Source: Lingula anatina | Taxonomy: Eukaryota > Animalia > Brachiopoda | Direction of reading: 5' to 3' | Length of the DNA stretch: 64,000 nt | Assembly: GCA_051362555.1 (NCBI GenBank) | Contig: CM120642.1 | Coordinates: forward strand, 31,062,001 to 31,126,000 | Part shown: positions 1 through 16,600 of the stretch, piece after piece | Numbering within the stretch: the first letter of the stretch is position 1 | Layout: each line of letters opens with the position of its first letter | The notes under the pieces: model-generated | What the model was told of the DNA's origin: nothing | Databases searched by the model: none | Seen by the model: the letters and a program-made list of their open reading frames with translations, nothing else | Program-made: the position numbers and the translations under genes

Positions 1-393
1 TCAACTACATGTATCTAAGGGAAACAAAATAACCTTAATATGCTGCCCTTGCCACATTAAAAGGTGTATTATAAAATGTTAACATACAACAAAATGTAAG
101 ATCTCAAGTTCAGAGAGCCATATGGGATTCTGCTTTGCTTCATTCCAATGTCAAAACAAAATGTACTATTAACAGTCATAAAAATGATAGAAATCAGACC
201 AGTTATCAACTGTCAACTTCACAAAACTATATTGCATGCACTACTGTTTCGGCATAAGTAAACAAAATACCTTTAACTATTGGAGAGGAAGTAATGCTTA
301 GTTGACTGTTGTCCTAAGAAAGTATTTTTGAATCAGTTTATAGCAGCTGCATGTATCACAGTGTAGGTAACTGTTGTGTTATCACATTATTTA

Positions 394-2780
<2,387 letters not shown>

Positions 2781-2833
2781 CTTTTGGGTTTGTTTCTGGA
2801 ACACTAAAATTACAAACAATTGATAAATTATTA

Positions 2834-2835
<2 letters not shown>

Positions 2836-2895
<60 letters not shown>
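2836..2895. repeat. (AT)n microsatellite
   Basis: About 60 bp of pure AT dinucleotide in the first MMAA intron. Confidence 0.98.
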
Positions 2896-2897
<2 letters not shown>

Positions 2898-3399
2898 CCA
2901 GACCTTTGTGAAGTATTTCAATTCATAAACATATTTTTAAATATCATTCTCAGTATGTTCCTTTCAGAAATATTGATAATCTCACTTAAAATTCAGTGTG
3001 GCTGATATATTAATATATTCATCTGCAGTCTGTAAAATGATAATACTGTATGTAGAATGATATTAATATAAGGGACTTGTGGGCAACCAGTGCTGGTGGT
3101 CACTTCATGTATGACTTATTACATTTCAAGTAAAATATTGCTAAACGCCTAGAGCATATGTATGATTTTCTATGTCAATATACATGTTTAATTCTGTGGT
3201 ATGATTTGGTGCTATGAAAATTCAATTAACAAGTTTTGAGGAGGGGGGGTCAAATCAATCAAATGCCTGTTATTAATCTAATAATAAACAAATCAAACAA
3301 TTTCTCAATACCTTTTCACATCAGGGAACCCAACAGCAGAATAACGAGCCGAGGCCGCAATCTGGCTAACCAAAGAATATCCCAGACGCAAGAAATGGT

Positions 3400-3950
3400 C
3401 AATTTCAAGCAGACGACTCCAGTGTTTGCTCTTCCTCGACCTTCAGACTCTCCCACATTCCACGGCGCTTGTTAGTCAGCATTTCATTATTTAATATATC
3501 CCGATGATTCTCATAACTGCATCAGCTTTGAGGTGCCAATAAAGATATTTGATTCTTTTAATTGTAGAAATGTTAAAGATTATAAAAACCGACCGCAAGT
3601 GTGTGATCCATGGCAAATATGTGTCCTGATGGGTTCTTCGCCAAACGACCTTCACTCCGCAAGGGCGCTGCCATATTGTACTAGGTGCGGAGCAGTCTTT
3701 TTGAATCTGCTTAAAATTATAATTATCATCATTTTGACGGGTTATTTCAAATTACTCAAAGATGTTTAATTATATAAATTTTAGTTTGTCTTTACTCTAA
3801 ATTTTTGATTAGCATTTCTTCAATTCTCTCGTTTTATGTTTATTTGCTGCGATTCGCACAAACATCTTCCGGTTATTTTCTGAAGCCGAAACAGTGAAAG
3901 GGCTGCCCGAACACTTTGTCTGCATATTGGTGCAGAATTAGGCTAAAGAA
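3400..3950. promoter_or_regulatory. Probable bidirectional promoter between MMAA and ADCK2
   Basis: Short CpG-enriched interval between the two divergent 5' ends; contains an ETS-type CTTCCGG near 3867. Boundaries are approximate. Confidence 0.55.
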
Positions 3951-4397
3951 GGCAATGCAATATTGATATAGAAAACTTGAATTAAAGCAAAATTTTGTCT
4001 CAACATCCTTTAGAAAAAATTTTACATTTTTCATTTATGAGAATTGACAGAGAAGGTGAGAGGTGCTTCAGTTTAGAACCAATTTTTTTTAATTGAAGAA
4101 CTTGACCAAGATAAAGCAACAAGGTCTTTTTCATCTCTTGGGTCCATTATTGATTTTTAAATTGTTAAAGCCTTGAATACTGCTAAATCAGTCATTTCAC
4201 ATTATTTTGAAAACGATACTCTTACAATGTACAAATTACTAACTACAACAGTCAGCATTCAGAAGCCAGTTGATTCTAAATCATTCCAGGTCCTAACATC
4301 AAATAAAAGGACAGTTGAACCCAGTCCCCACACATAAGCATGCATGGATTTTGCATTGTTTTCATGATATACACATGTGGACTTTGACAACAGAAAT

Positions 4398-7300
4398 ATG
4401 ATCATTTCAAAACTGAGTTTGACATGGAAACAATTTGGTACCAGGACATCTTTACATGCCTCCCCATTTGGAGAGTGTGGAAAATGTCTGAGAAATCAGC
4501 TACAAAGTCTGTTTTCTAGCAAATGTTTCTTCAGCCAAGACGTGTCAACTTGGGCAAGGGGGTGGAGAAAGGTTAACCAGTCTCTCCCTACACCCATAAC
4601 CAAAGGAAAGTGGTCTTTAGCTGCCTTTGTTGCTGTGGCACATCCAACCACCACTGAAAAGATTCTGAAGGAGTCTGGCCTATATAAAAAAGCAGTGAGG
4701 TTAGGTGTTCCACAAGATGTGCAAAGTGGTGACATTAAGGAAAAAAGGAAACAAAGGCGAAAGATTAACTTCATTTTGAGATTTTTTTATAGAGTATGGC
4801 ATCTCTTACGGGTGTTTTTCAGAACCTTGCGTCTATACTTCACTTTCGCACCATTTATACTTACATTTCCATTCACATATTTAAGCACTGGCTTCACTAA
4901 CATATGGTGGAGTCTTCTTCTCATGGCAGTCGAGAATTCTGGCCCCACCTTCATTAAGCTGGGGCAGTGGGCAAGCACCAGGAGAGATTTATTTTCCCAC
5001 GAGTTCTGTAACAGGTTTTCTAAACTGCAGAGGAAGAATAAGGTCCACAGCTGGTCGTACACTAAGAGGATATTGACCAGGGCTCTAGGGAAGCGGTGGA
5101 GGGAGATACTGGTGAAATTTGACAAGAAACCAATTGGCTCAGGTTGTGTGGCTCAGGTGGGAATTTCAAGATGTTTATCTCTATATTTTCAGTTATTGTT
5201 TTTCATTTTTACTTGTTTTCTTGTAGCCTGTTACAAATTTATTGCTTGGAGTTTGTTGGGTTTTTTTTTTAACATAAGCTTGGGTACCTATTTTTTATGA
5301 TTTGGTGGAAATGATGTTACTAAAATGATTGTTAAGATATGTTATAAATCATTCAATTTTCAGATACACATCTGTATCTTTAGATCATTGCTATACTCAG
5401 TATTTGTAAATTACTTTAACAAAGCACAAATGAGCTACATGCAGTACAACACATTATGATATCTTCATTTGATTAAGTAATTACATATTATGATGATGAA
5501 ATTGGCAATATATTTTTAGACTATCCTAAAACTCATATTTATCAGTTATATAAAAAAATTCATTTATGGTAGATACATATATTTGATTTACATGTTGACT
5601 GTTGTGTCTGTCCTTTCTGAGAGACTTGATCGCAACTGAATTACCTGTTCAGGTGAAAGTGAACAGGTAATCACCTTAGTGGAATATGTAGGTCTATCAT
5701 AAATTAAAACTTTTTTTAACTATCAAAAACTGAGGTCCAATGAAACTATTTTCACATTCATACATTTCAGGTTTACAAGGCCTACTTGAACCCAGACATG
5801 ATATCAGATGAGGAGCAAGAAAAAATACTGCAGGAACTGCATGAGGATGATGATCCTTTTGAAGGTACATCAATCACAGTTGATATTCAGAGATAATTAA
5901 TTGATGGTTTCTATCTATGACAGTATACTTGTTTGGCATTTGGGAGAAAAAAATTAAGTACTATGAATATACCCAGCTAGAGAGATTACATCCCATTCCC
6001 AAGGCTTATTAATTTTGGTAAAATTTTAAGGTGACCATGAAAAATTTAAGATATCTAGAACATATTATAGACTTATGATTAATGATTTACTTAAATACCT
6101 CAAAATGTCATTTTTCTGTTTATTAGGAAAAACTTGATATATAAGTTTGGAATCAGTTGTATAATTTTGTAAAATTTCTCAAGAAACCATCCTTCTTTCA
6201 GCCTTTGAAGTATTTGGGTTTTCAATGACTGAAGATGAAGACAAAAGCATTGAAGGCTCTCATGGTAAGTGATGGTTTTGCTTGCATTTCTTGTTATGTT
6301 ATTGCACACATTTATCATGCATATTTTACTGGACATATTTGCCAATGCCATGCTGTAACCATATTATCCCACAGTGCTCATTCTTCAGTTTTATCCCACG
6401 GCTGGAGCTTTAAACAATAGGATAATTGCAGTCTTGTTTTTTGCTTACTAGTGCACACTCACCTGTATTTTTTAAATACTCTTCATTGTGTTCCGAGCAA
6501 AATACAAATGCAATCATTCTATTGTTGAAGCACAAGCCTTGGAATAAGTCAGTTACAACTAGTTGTTGTCCTGTGCCTTTATATATTTACTTTCTTGTAT
6601 GTTCTCAGACAGTGAACAATTTGTGTTGTAAATACTATATAAACATCTCTTTCACATACAGGTGACAACTCAACAGAAGCTGAAGACACATTGATCCCAG
6701 TGGCAGTGAAGGTATGGGGACATTGTAGAGCTTTCATATGAGAGCAGTGCACTCTCGGTTAATGTAATAACTGCAGGCCCCTAGCCAGAGGCAGTCTGCC
6801 CTTTTTGTCATGAAAAGGTTCATTCTGGCTATCCAAATCATTTTGTTTGCTAGTTGTGCACTTGATTACTTAAAAAAAAATTAATTAAAGGAATTTCGAA
6901 CATTTTGCGAAGCCAAAGTGTATTACATGTAAAGCTAATAGATGGTTTCCTTGCTGTGTGAACTGTTTTTTGGTAACATTACTTAAAGAGCTGTATTTTT
7001 AGTTACATTTTGTTAAATTGAGATATAGCATTAGTAATATGGTGGTAAAGCTTTCAAAGCTTGTTTTCTGGATCCTTACTGGATTATTTGTCTTTTTTAT
7101 TTTAATAATTGTTTTTAATCATAATGAAAAATAACCATAATGATTACTATATTTGTTTATCCTTTTGAGCAACATACTGCATATACACACAAGATTTCAT
7201 GTACATTATATACAAGTATGAACAAGCAGTAAGGACACCTAGGGATAAATGTTTGTAATTCCCAGGTGTTACACCCAGGTGTGCACCGTCTTGTCCATAG

Positions 7301-10300
7301 AGATCTCCTTATCATTACTGGCACCGCAGGCCTGGTACAGCTCCTGGTCCCAGGACTCAAGTGGATGGACCTCAAAGGCTGTGCTGAAGAATTTGCTCAT
7401 TTAATGGAAAATCAGGTATATATGTATATACGTTGCTTGCTATGGTATGTTTAAGTGTTATATACCTACTGAGGCTGAGCTGGCAAAAAGTTAATTACCC
7501 CTTAGCAGTTTCAGTAGGCGTGCCAGACATTTAACCCACTTAAACTGAATGCAGTTTAGTGGGAAACCCTGTGGAGTTAGATCAATACAACTAGTACAAT
7601 AGGGTAATGGAAAAGCAGTTTTTAAGTCAAGAAAAACTGTTTTTATCACAGTTGGTATACTTTCCAACCTTGGCAGGCTAACCTAGGAAAAAGACTGCAT
7701 GTGACATCTGGAACTGCGTCACTAAAATACTGAGTGAGATCTTTAGACCAACAGGAAGAAAATTTGTTGTTGATCTTGGTTTAAAATTTGGTTGTACTTT
7801 TAAAAAGTATATTTGATTTTATACTTGTTAATTTAAAAATACATACCTTCCATCTTAAGGCTATTGTCCAAAAATTATTTGGACTTTAATTTTTATATAT
7901 ATTTTTTCATCCTGCAACAGCTTGACCTGTGCCATGAAGCTAGAAACTTAGACACCTTTGCTGACAACTTTGCTGATGTGCCTTCAGTCAGGTTTCCTAG
8001 GCCTCTCTGGCCTTATGTCAAACATAATGTACTGGTGGAGACATTTGAGGTATGGCTTTGCATTCCATCTGTGCATTGATGTGTATGTGCACACACTCAC
8101 ACATACACACACATTGCATGCAGGCACACACCTTGTGTAATTTAAATTACAAGATTGTTAGAGGAATTTTTAAAAAATGATTATATTTTCATTGTTAGTG
8201 CCATATTTTATCAAGGTTGGTGACAAATGGTTAATTTATAAAACCAAAAGCATGCCAGTTTTGGATGTGACATCTATGTTTTTCTGGGGGATAACACATA
8301 ATGAAGCTTTTCAGGTATTTTGATTCCACTTATTGCATATAGCATGTTTATGACAGCTATTTTTTTTCCTGTAGGAAGGGAAACCAATTTCTAAGTTTAT
8401 CACTTTAACATCAGAAGATGAAGATGAACAGCAGAGATTATACACTTTGAAGCAGGCACTAGGAGATATTTGTGTAGACTCCTTACTCAAAATGGTAAGA
8501 TTAATGTCACCTTGCAGTAGCAGCACAACATATTGTCCTATTTTACAACAGATGTTAACTTTCTTGAATGATTTATACCAGTAGATATTTGCCTTTATCT
8601 TGACTCTGTGCAGAAAAAGGATGTGTTGAACATAGAGTTTTAAACTTGCATTTATAGACCTGCTTTCTCATGGACTTTGAAAGATGAGTTCATTTTTAAC
8701 ACTTCTTATATTTTTTTGTGCCAGATATTTGTTGACAACTTTGTGCATGGAGATCTGCACCCAGGGAACATTCTGGTACAAAATGACGACAGATTCAAAC
8801 CAGAGGTATTTATTTTACTGAAAAGCTAAATTGTATCAGTGCCATCTTTTCTGACTGTTAAAAATGTATTTTTCTGATAAACCAAAGGTAGAAATCCAGA
8901 TTACGTATAAGACTTAAGAGAACTTTTACATGTGATGTATGTTTTTCATATATTTGTTAATTTGACATCAGTTCATGCAAAAAACCATGCAAATCATTCA
9001 TGAAATGATTCTAGGAAACCAAGATGATAATGGATGACCTAGGAGATACACTGATAGTGAATACCAAGCCCTCAGAAAATCATCTTCGTATGGTGCTTCT
9101 AGACACTGGTATTGTAGCCACGCTGTCAGAAAAAGACAGAGCCAACTTTAGGGCAGTTTTCACTGCCGTAGTCCAGGGCAAGGTTAGTGTAGATGTCACA
9201 AACATGCATACACGCATGAGTGTGCACAAGCACACACACACATTTATCACCCAAACCCAATATAGAGGTGCATTTCACAAGTTCAAGTCTCAAAAAATGA
9301 AATTGAACGAATTCGATGTATTATCCAATTTTTTAAAACTTACATGTGCATAGAACAAAAATCCACAAATGTCCCAATTCTACGCCCACGCGTTTCTGTT
9401 TTGTAAGCAAATAAACTGATAACCGTTTGGAGTAAAAAAAGCGTAAGAAAGAACATACGTTACCACGGAATCGTCTGATATAAACACGATCATTAATTGA
9501 GCGCTGTGGAAATTGGTGCAAGCTAAACACTATCAGAACCCTATGAGTCATTAATAATGGAAAAGCGATAGGAAAATACATTTAAATTGACCAGATCTAG
9601 GAAAATTACTTTCAAACTAAAGATAATTTTTCTTTACAATGTCCATGTTGATGACTCTTTCAATAGCAGTAATTGTCAATTGTATAGAGAATTGAAAACT
9701 TTGTTACCTAAAAGTTATCTACCACTGGTCATATTCGTCGTGAATTTAAGACTCATTGACAGTTTCAAATTTTGGGTGTATTAGTTACAATACCAACTAC
9801 GCCTCGCATCCTTCGCATACCGTAATGTAACGTATGTTCCACAGCCATAGAAAAGATACGGGACACGAGTTTAATAAATATTGATAAGATATTTTTTCTT
9901 TTTTTTTTCGTAGAATTTATTGAGGTGTTTAAAAGTAACTCAGACATCAAAAGTGGTAACCTATTACACAAACACGATCCGCGTATCAAACGTACTTAAT
10001 CATTTGCATGTAAAGAAATACAGATCTAACCTACCACCTCTTTAAACGAAGCCTTTTTCAACACACCTATAGGTTTTCCAATACAGCAGAGAATTCGTTC
10101 AAAATGAGCTTTACTATCCTCTCTGAAAGGTCTAAATTGTCTTGCGGATTTCGGCACTTTTGGAAATTAAAAAAATGTATATATGTAATGTTTGTTCCAT
10201 CTATAAAAAGTAAGTGGCTCACAAAATTACGTTTTTAAGTCTTACCATTGAGTGAGTATAAGAAACAGATATCACTTTAGAGTTCAAGGGTCTCTACGGT

Positions 10301-13300
10301 CCTTATCAGTCGCTATTTAAGACAAATCATAGGCTGCATGATTTCTTGTAAAAGTTTCCTTGAGATTTCTTAGATGTTCATACTGTGTTTTTACTCTGCC
10401 AACGTGCTCGATGAATTTTTTATTTTGGTTACTGGCGCTCTTGGGCTCTACTATAGTCGTCTCGTTCAAAAAATCGTATACAGCTTGCCTTTTATTCCTG
10501 CTACTCCCACCCGTCGACCTTTCGACCAGTTCATCCCCTTTTCGCGAGTTCTCGACCAACGATTCCGGCAAATGCCAGTAGCAGCGGAAAGAAATCTGAG
10601 ACAACGGTACGTCTTCGCAATCTTCTCAGCCACTATATTATGCAAAATTTTCATCTTACTTCTTGGTGTAACTCGTTAAACTTGACCCACTGTAGCTAAA
10701 AAAACATTTTCTATAAGTCATCATATTTTTAGGATGATTAGTCTTATTGAATATTATATGTATATATAATATTATTTTTATCCCTAAGGATAAAGGCAAC
10801 AATTTGCTACATTGTTATTATTGCTAAAATAATTAGGGTAGTGGGGTTATAAAATAAAAGCGGCCTTGTTTGACCAAATCTTGAACAATCGATATTCTTT
10901 GTTGCCTTCTTTTTGTTATAAATAAGACTATGAAAGTTTGTGGTACACTGGGATGGAGGAGACATAAAAGTAATTGCTTCTGCACAGTGTTAGCTTGGGT
11001 GCATAGCCTGCTGTATGATGCGTTCTGTCTTAATTTTGGGGCATGTGGGAAATTCAGGTGGTTCCATATTTCGTCTTCTACAATGGCTAATTCTCCCTCT
11101 TGCTTATGGCATTAACCTGTAATTGTAGTTCTTTAATTGTTCATTGTGACTGCCTTCAGTTTCTTCTCAATCGTTTCAACGTTGTGACCACCTTGCACAC
11201 ACAACAAGTGGTGATTGCTGTGGACTTGCCTCGGCAACTTCTATAGCAGCTAGGAGCTCTTCTTTCCTTTGGTGAAGTCTACGTTTTCGCGATTTAGTCT
11301 TCGCATGCCTCTTTTGTCTTTCACGACATTTATAAGGAGGCGGAAGGTAGGCCTACATAGTATTTTGAACCCGTTTTCTTTCGCTTCCAAATAAGCGTCA
11401 CCCTCATTTCTTTTTAACGAGATCGATATTTTTTAAATCTCAGCTCTTGTTTTTGCATTTTTCTGAGATGTTCCGTTCGGTATCAATGTATTTGGCACTG
11501 CGCTCACTGCGCTCGTTGGCGATTATTTTTTCCTTGTATAGTTTTGTTTGACATTTATTTCCGTCTTTGACATTCATTTCTGTATTTGAATTTAATTTTT
11601 TATTACGACAAAATCATTCACTTCGCCTACATCGTTACTGAGGATTTTATGGATTTATTTACACTTGTAACTAACCTCATCTAATCTTTAGCTCGAGCAG
11701 ACATCAGAAAGAACCACCTGACATCTCAAACAGAAGCTAATTTTTCTTTCGGAGCCAGTTTCGAGCACAAGTAGATTTTCACTGGTAACGTATGTTCCGG
11801 TAACGTATGTTCCAGGCCACCTAATTTTTATTTTCATAACGTGTTCTTATATATTTTGAAGTGATTTGATCATGTTAAATTAAATATGACCTAAGGACGT
11901 TTTTCATAAATATTTAAACCGTAATTAATGGGGCCTGCGTCATAGCTAATACTAGGTAACGTATGTTCCCTAGGAAAATTGACAAAATGTTTCATTTTGT
12001 ACAAGTACTTGGTGCAAGAGAAAACAATGTTTTCTTTTGCTGACAGAAAAATATATCGTGATTCCATGATAGTTTGACATTTCAGATACAATATTTGGAG
12101 CACGAGGGGAGAAATAATTTATTAAATGCTTATTTTACTGTCGGTAGGGTGTATTTTCCCCGTTTTTTTAATATTCAGTGACAGGCAAACTTAAGTCGCT
12201 AAAAAACAATTAACTGCTCTATACAGAAACTTTTCGTAATTTTTTACAACCTTATACTTGTAGGAGATAAATTAAAGAACAAAACCCGTGATGATTGAAT
12301 TTTCAAAGTGATTAAAACGCTTCAACAGCTAGACGTTATGCATTTGTGACAGTAACGTATGTTCCTTTTTGGGGTTAGATGATGAATTATTTTTTATTAT
12401 TCGTGGTTCCAGGAAAGTGAAACTTTAATACAAACTTCTTTATGTGGGACCCTAAAATAATCAAACATAGTTTGTAATCTGTGCACTACATATTAATAGG
12501 AACATGCCTGTGACATCGTTTGCACCTCTATATTGGGTTTGGGTGTTATATAAATATGGTAGCTATTCATTCAGAGACATAACCAGTGTCATTTTTGTCT
12601 AAAAAAATACTTTCAAGGAAGTTATATCAGAAATATGAAATTTTAACTATAATATCAATTCTTTTTGCTTCAGTGTGCCTTGATATGTTACCCTAATTTA
12701 AGGAGGCAGTCAGTATTCATGAAGTCACACCACAGACTGATTGCATATAACATTGTATTATTTTTATTTCATGCAGGGAGAGGTTGTGGCAGAGCTGCTT
12801 CTAGAGCATGCTCCATACAGTCAGTGTCAGGACTTGGAGGGATTCAAGAACAAGATGTCCCACTTGGTGAACACGGCCAGGGATAACACACTGAAATTGG
12901 CAAAGGTGTGAGATTGGATCAGACAAACAGTGATTTGTACAGAAATTAATTATTATTATTCAAATATTACAGTTATAGTTTGAGGTTTTAGAGAAAAAGC
13001 AGCTGGAACTGATGTGAGAAATGTTCTTATGAATTTGCCATGGCATGACAACATGATTGACAGTGTGATACAGTCAGCTCAAGATACCAAAACCAGTCAA
13101 GGAGATTTCTTTTGTAGCAATATCATCATGATTAGATAAATGCATATTATTTTCTTAAAGTCTGTTTGGGTTTTATGTTCACTTAAGATGTTAAAATTTA
13201 AAAAAAAATCTCCTCATAGAATTTATGTTCGCTTTTAAAGTTAATATAAAAATTCCTCTTCATAGAAATTTTTATTTATTTTCAAAGTTAATATCAAAAA

Positions 13301-13644
13301 TCCTCTCAGTAAGATACAGGTCTGAGAGTTCCTTCCAGGTGTATTTTTCAGTCAGAACAGTATCTAACTTTAGGGCAATTATTGCATTTAAAATCTGCAA
13401 CAATACCATTTCTTTCCATGTACCCCAGGTCCAGGTGGCCGAGCTTCTGACCAGTGTGTTTTCCATGGTGTCCCAGCACAAGGTGAAACTGGACAGTAAC
13501 TTTACTGCCGTGGTCCTGGCCGTCATGGTCCTGGAGGGACTGGGGAGGTCACTGGACCCCGAACTGGACATCATGAAGAAAGCTACTCCTGTGTTACTGA
13601 ATCAGACGGGAGGAGGGTTGTTTGGAAGTAGTAGAAAATCATGA
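4398..13644 (+). CDS. ADCK2: aarF/ABC1 (UbiB-family) atypical kinase, ADCK2-like, about 652 aa, 11 coding exons
   Basis: Exons 4398-5156, 5771-5864, 6202-6264, 6662-6711, 7266-7415, 7921-8049, 8375-8494, 8725-8805, 9015-9182, 12777-12905 and 13429-13644 splice in frame (1959 nt). Motifs: GPTFIKLGQWASTRRDLF, PIGSGCVAQVY, VAVKVLHPG, IFVDNFVHGDLHPGNILV, LLDTGIV, VLEGLGRSLDP. Confidence 0.94.
7488..7587. mobile_element. Degraded fragment of the MITE family seen at 27.0 kb
   Basis: AGTTAATTACCCCTTAGCAGTTTCAGTAGGCGTGCCAGACATTTAA aligns by eye with AGTTAATTACCCCCTTACAGCTTTTAGTAGGCGGGACAGACGCTTAA at about 27106. Confidence 0.65.
9248..12545 (-). mobile_element. 3.3-kb DNA transposon with perfect 25-bp TIRs, 4-bp TSD and decayed coding remnants; superfamily uncertain (Sola-like?)
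   Basis: CACCCAAACCCAATATAGAGGTGCA at 9248-9272 and its exact reverse complement at 12521-12545; TTAT flanks both ends. Broken minus-strand basic reading frames lie at about 11340-10250, and the interior is CpG-richer than the host gene. Confidence 0.9.
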
Positions 13645-16600
13645 TTTTTAACAGATGCCAAGCTTATTTCAGGGATTATTGTGGGGAAGACTTCTTTATT
13701 ACTGAGTCAGCCAGGAAGAGAATTGTTTGGAAATGGTGAATCATAATTTTTGGCAAATACCAAGCTTATTTCAGTCTGGATCCTGTGGGCTTATGTTCTG
13801 TAATCCTCTTCAGTTTGATCCTGGTGTAGTGGTTCTACTTATCACACACTCCTTTTTTCCCCTCTCTGAAGACTATGAATAGGTCTGATAATGCTTATTA
13901 TTATTATTATTATGGATCAGAAATCTATAAATTTAAACTGCAAATTCCAGGCTTCAGCAGCACGATTCATGCTCCACATTGTGTTCACTTATGTAGAGTA
14001 TAAGTGAAGTGGTTGGAGACCGTTTAGTGTAACAGGATTTGTGTTTTTGGAACCAAAAAGGTTAGGAGTCAAATATACTTACTGGTATAAGTTCTACCTA
14101 TTGTTTTTTTGTAGGCCAACATTTTATGAGATTTTCTTTTTCTTTTCTTTTGAGAAGAATATTAAAGGGTCTTAATTTTAGGGATTTTTATCAGACAAAA
14201 ATGCAGTTTGTGCCATTTTGAAAAGAGCAAGAGAACATTTTCTCAGGTGTTGTCAAATTCCACGATATGCCCTAGTCCCCCACCTAATGGGCAATATTTT
14301 TACTATATAGTATAATGTTGTCATTTAATATGAAATTCTGACTGCATACATTATTTCTTAGGGTACCTTGATATGGGGGCTTAACATGAGGTTGAGAGAA
14401 AGTGATGAAAATAAAATGAAATAAATATTGTTGTTATAATTGTTGCAAAGCTCTTGATAATGTTTTAAAATAAAATTAAAATAACACATGAAGAATCATA
14501 AGTTAACAAAAAAAAGGTCTGATGTTGGAGTTATTTAAAAATGCATGAAATTACTAGAGTTGCTTAAAACCAAACTACAGGCTATGTGAAGAAAATCCAA
14601 GGCAGAAAAGGACAAACTCCAGTACCGATTTATAAAACAACAATTGGCATGTTTATTATCTGATGGACAATACAGATATGACCAGATAAAATGAGATACC
14701 TTCTCTGATTACCAGTATCAAAATGATTAAAGAGTCAACAAATACACTTGGCTGGAAGTCTTTTGGCTGCACTCAGACACGAACTTATGGAAATTGTCTG
14801 ATGTCCTCAGACAGCTTAATTATTGGCAAATAACACTGGAACCCCTTATTCCATATTTAATATAATGTGTTAACATAGAATATTATATCCAAAGTTATAC
14901 CACTGTCTGCTTATGTAAACTGGACTCCATGCCAAGAAATTTTCTTCAATTTTCAAGTCCAGTGGGCATCTGCTGATTTAAAAGGGCCTTGAATGCACTC
15001 AAGGTCACCAGGAACTTCAACAGCAAAGATTCATGTATTCTGGTCCCTCCTGATAAAAAAAGATACACTGACTGTAATTCCTTTCCTACAATGGATTCAA
15101 GTTCTGTAAAACTGCAAAACTATCTACTTACCCATTTCTTGTTTGTTGGTCAGCCTTTTTAGTACACTGACCACAGGGTTTGTTAGTATCCTGTTAAAAA
15201 AATCATTGTATCGCCTATATTTTCATTTTGTGTACTTTTTCTAGAGGGCCCTGTTATCAGAGGGCACTTTTCAGAAGGTTACAAGGGTATCTAGAAAAAC
15301 AAGATCAACCTGGAATGAAACCCAGGGTAGAAATCTCCACCTGACCACATACCTCAGTGGTCAATTACATTCTGGTTATGTTCTTAGGGATATATCTACA
15401 AAGGGCACTTTCCCTTGTCAATACATCCCTTTCAAAAAATATATGTAAAATATACGTTTTCAAACTTCTCTTTCACAGCCTCATGTTATGTGGTCATTGT
15501 AGTTATACGTGAGAATTTATAGAATACCATGATTTTGTCAATTTTCTGGATGTGAATTCATGGCCTCCTGTACTCAGTTGAAACTAATACCAGAGATATA
15601 GGGAGATTAGAAAGGGCTTTTTTCATTTATCACGCAGGTTTCCTTATCTGCTCCATATACATTATATCTATATTACCATACATGTGATCAGGGCATATGA
15701 GTGTATCAAAATATCTGTACCATTATGTGATCACGGCATATAACTCTAACAACAATTGTCTTTAACACCATGAACTCCAAAACAAACATGACTAGCTGAT
15801 ATCTCAGATATGAAATTTAACAAACTGTTCTAATGCCACTTATCTCATACTATTTTTCGTCCATTAGAAAAATAATTCAATTGAGAACTTGACAAATTAA
15901 ATCAGGAAAAAAATGACAGTATATTTAAATATGTAGCTGGCCATTATTTAGAAACAGTTATGAAAAAGTATATAGCAGTATGATAATTTGATAAGTGACC
16001 CTTTCTCCTTTCAAAAAAGTTTTAACATCCTGTTGATTTACAATAAATGAAATAACCTTTCACCTTCATATTACACTTGGGAAACAGTCTGCAATGCATC
16101 ATGAAAATTTATGTTAAGCAAGGTTTGCATGTTGCAAGGCACAAATTATATTATTAGCATAATGGCATACACAAAGCTTGTCCTGTATGCGCATAATATA
16201 TATCATAACTTGATGATTTACAAAATATTCCTTGAATATCTTTATTTCTTTCTTATTTGTGTGGGTAACTGGAATAATTGCCACTCCTTGTTGTAGTTTA
16301 ATACACAGGTACTACTCTCAGTAAAAATTTCCTAACATGTAATTTATGGTTCACCTGAAAGAAAAGATAAATAATATTTTTCTTATTCATTACCCAAAGT
16401 AAACCATTCTTGATATTTCACAAAAATTGCGAAAGTAGCATAATCCAAACTGTCATTTTGTGTACAAATGTACAAGCACCTGCAAGCTGCCACCAATTTC
16501 AAATTTTCCAATGCTCCTGAGTTTCAAGTTCTAAATTATCATAAAGCAAATCAGTTTCATCACACTTCTGAAAGATACTCAATACAACATCATATAATGT

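Noticed and set aside
4377-4397. GTG start of the 307-aa ORF
   Set aside because: Prokaryote-style start call; an acceptor at 4393 and ATG at 4398 fit better, and the ORF tail after 5156 is intron read-through.
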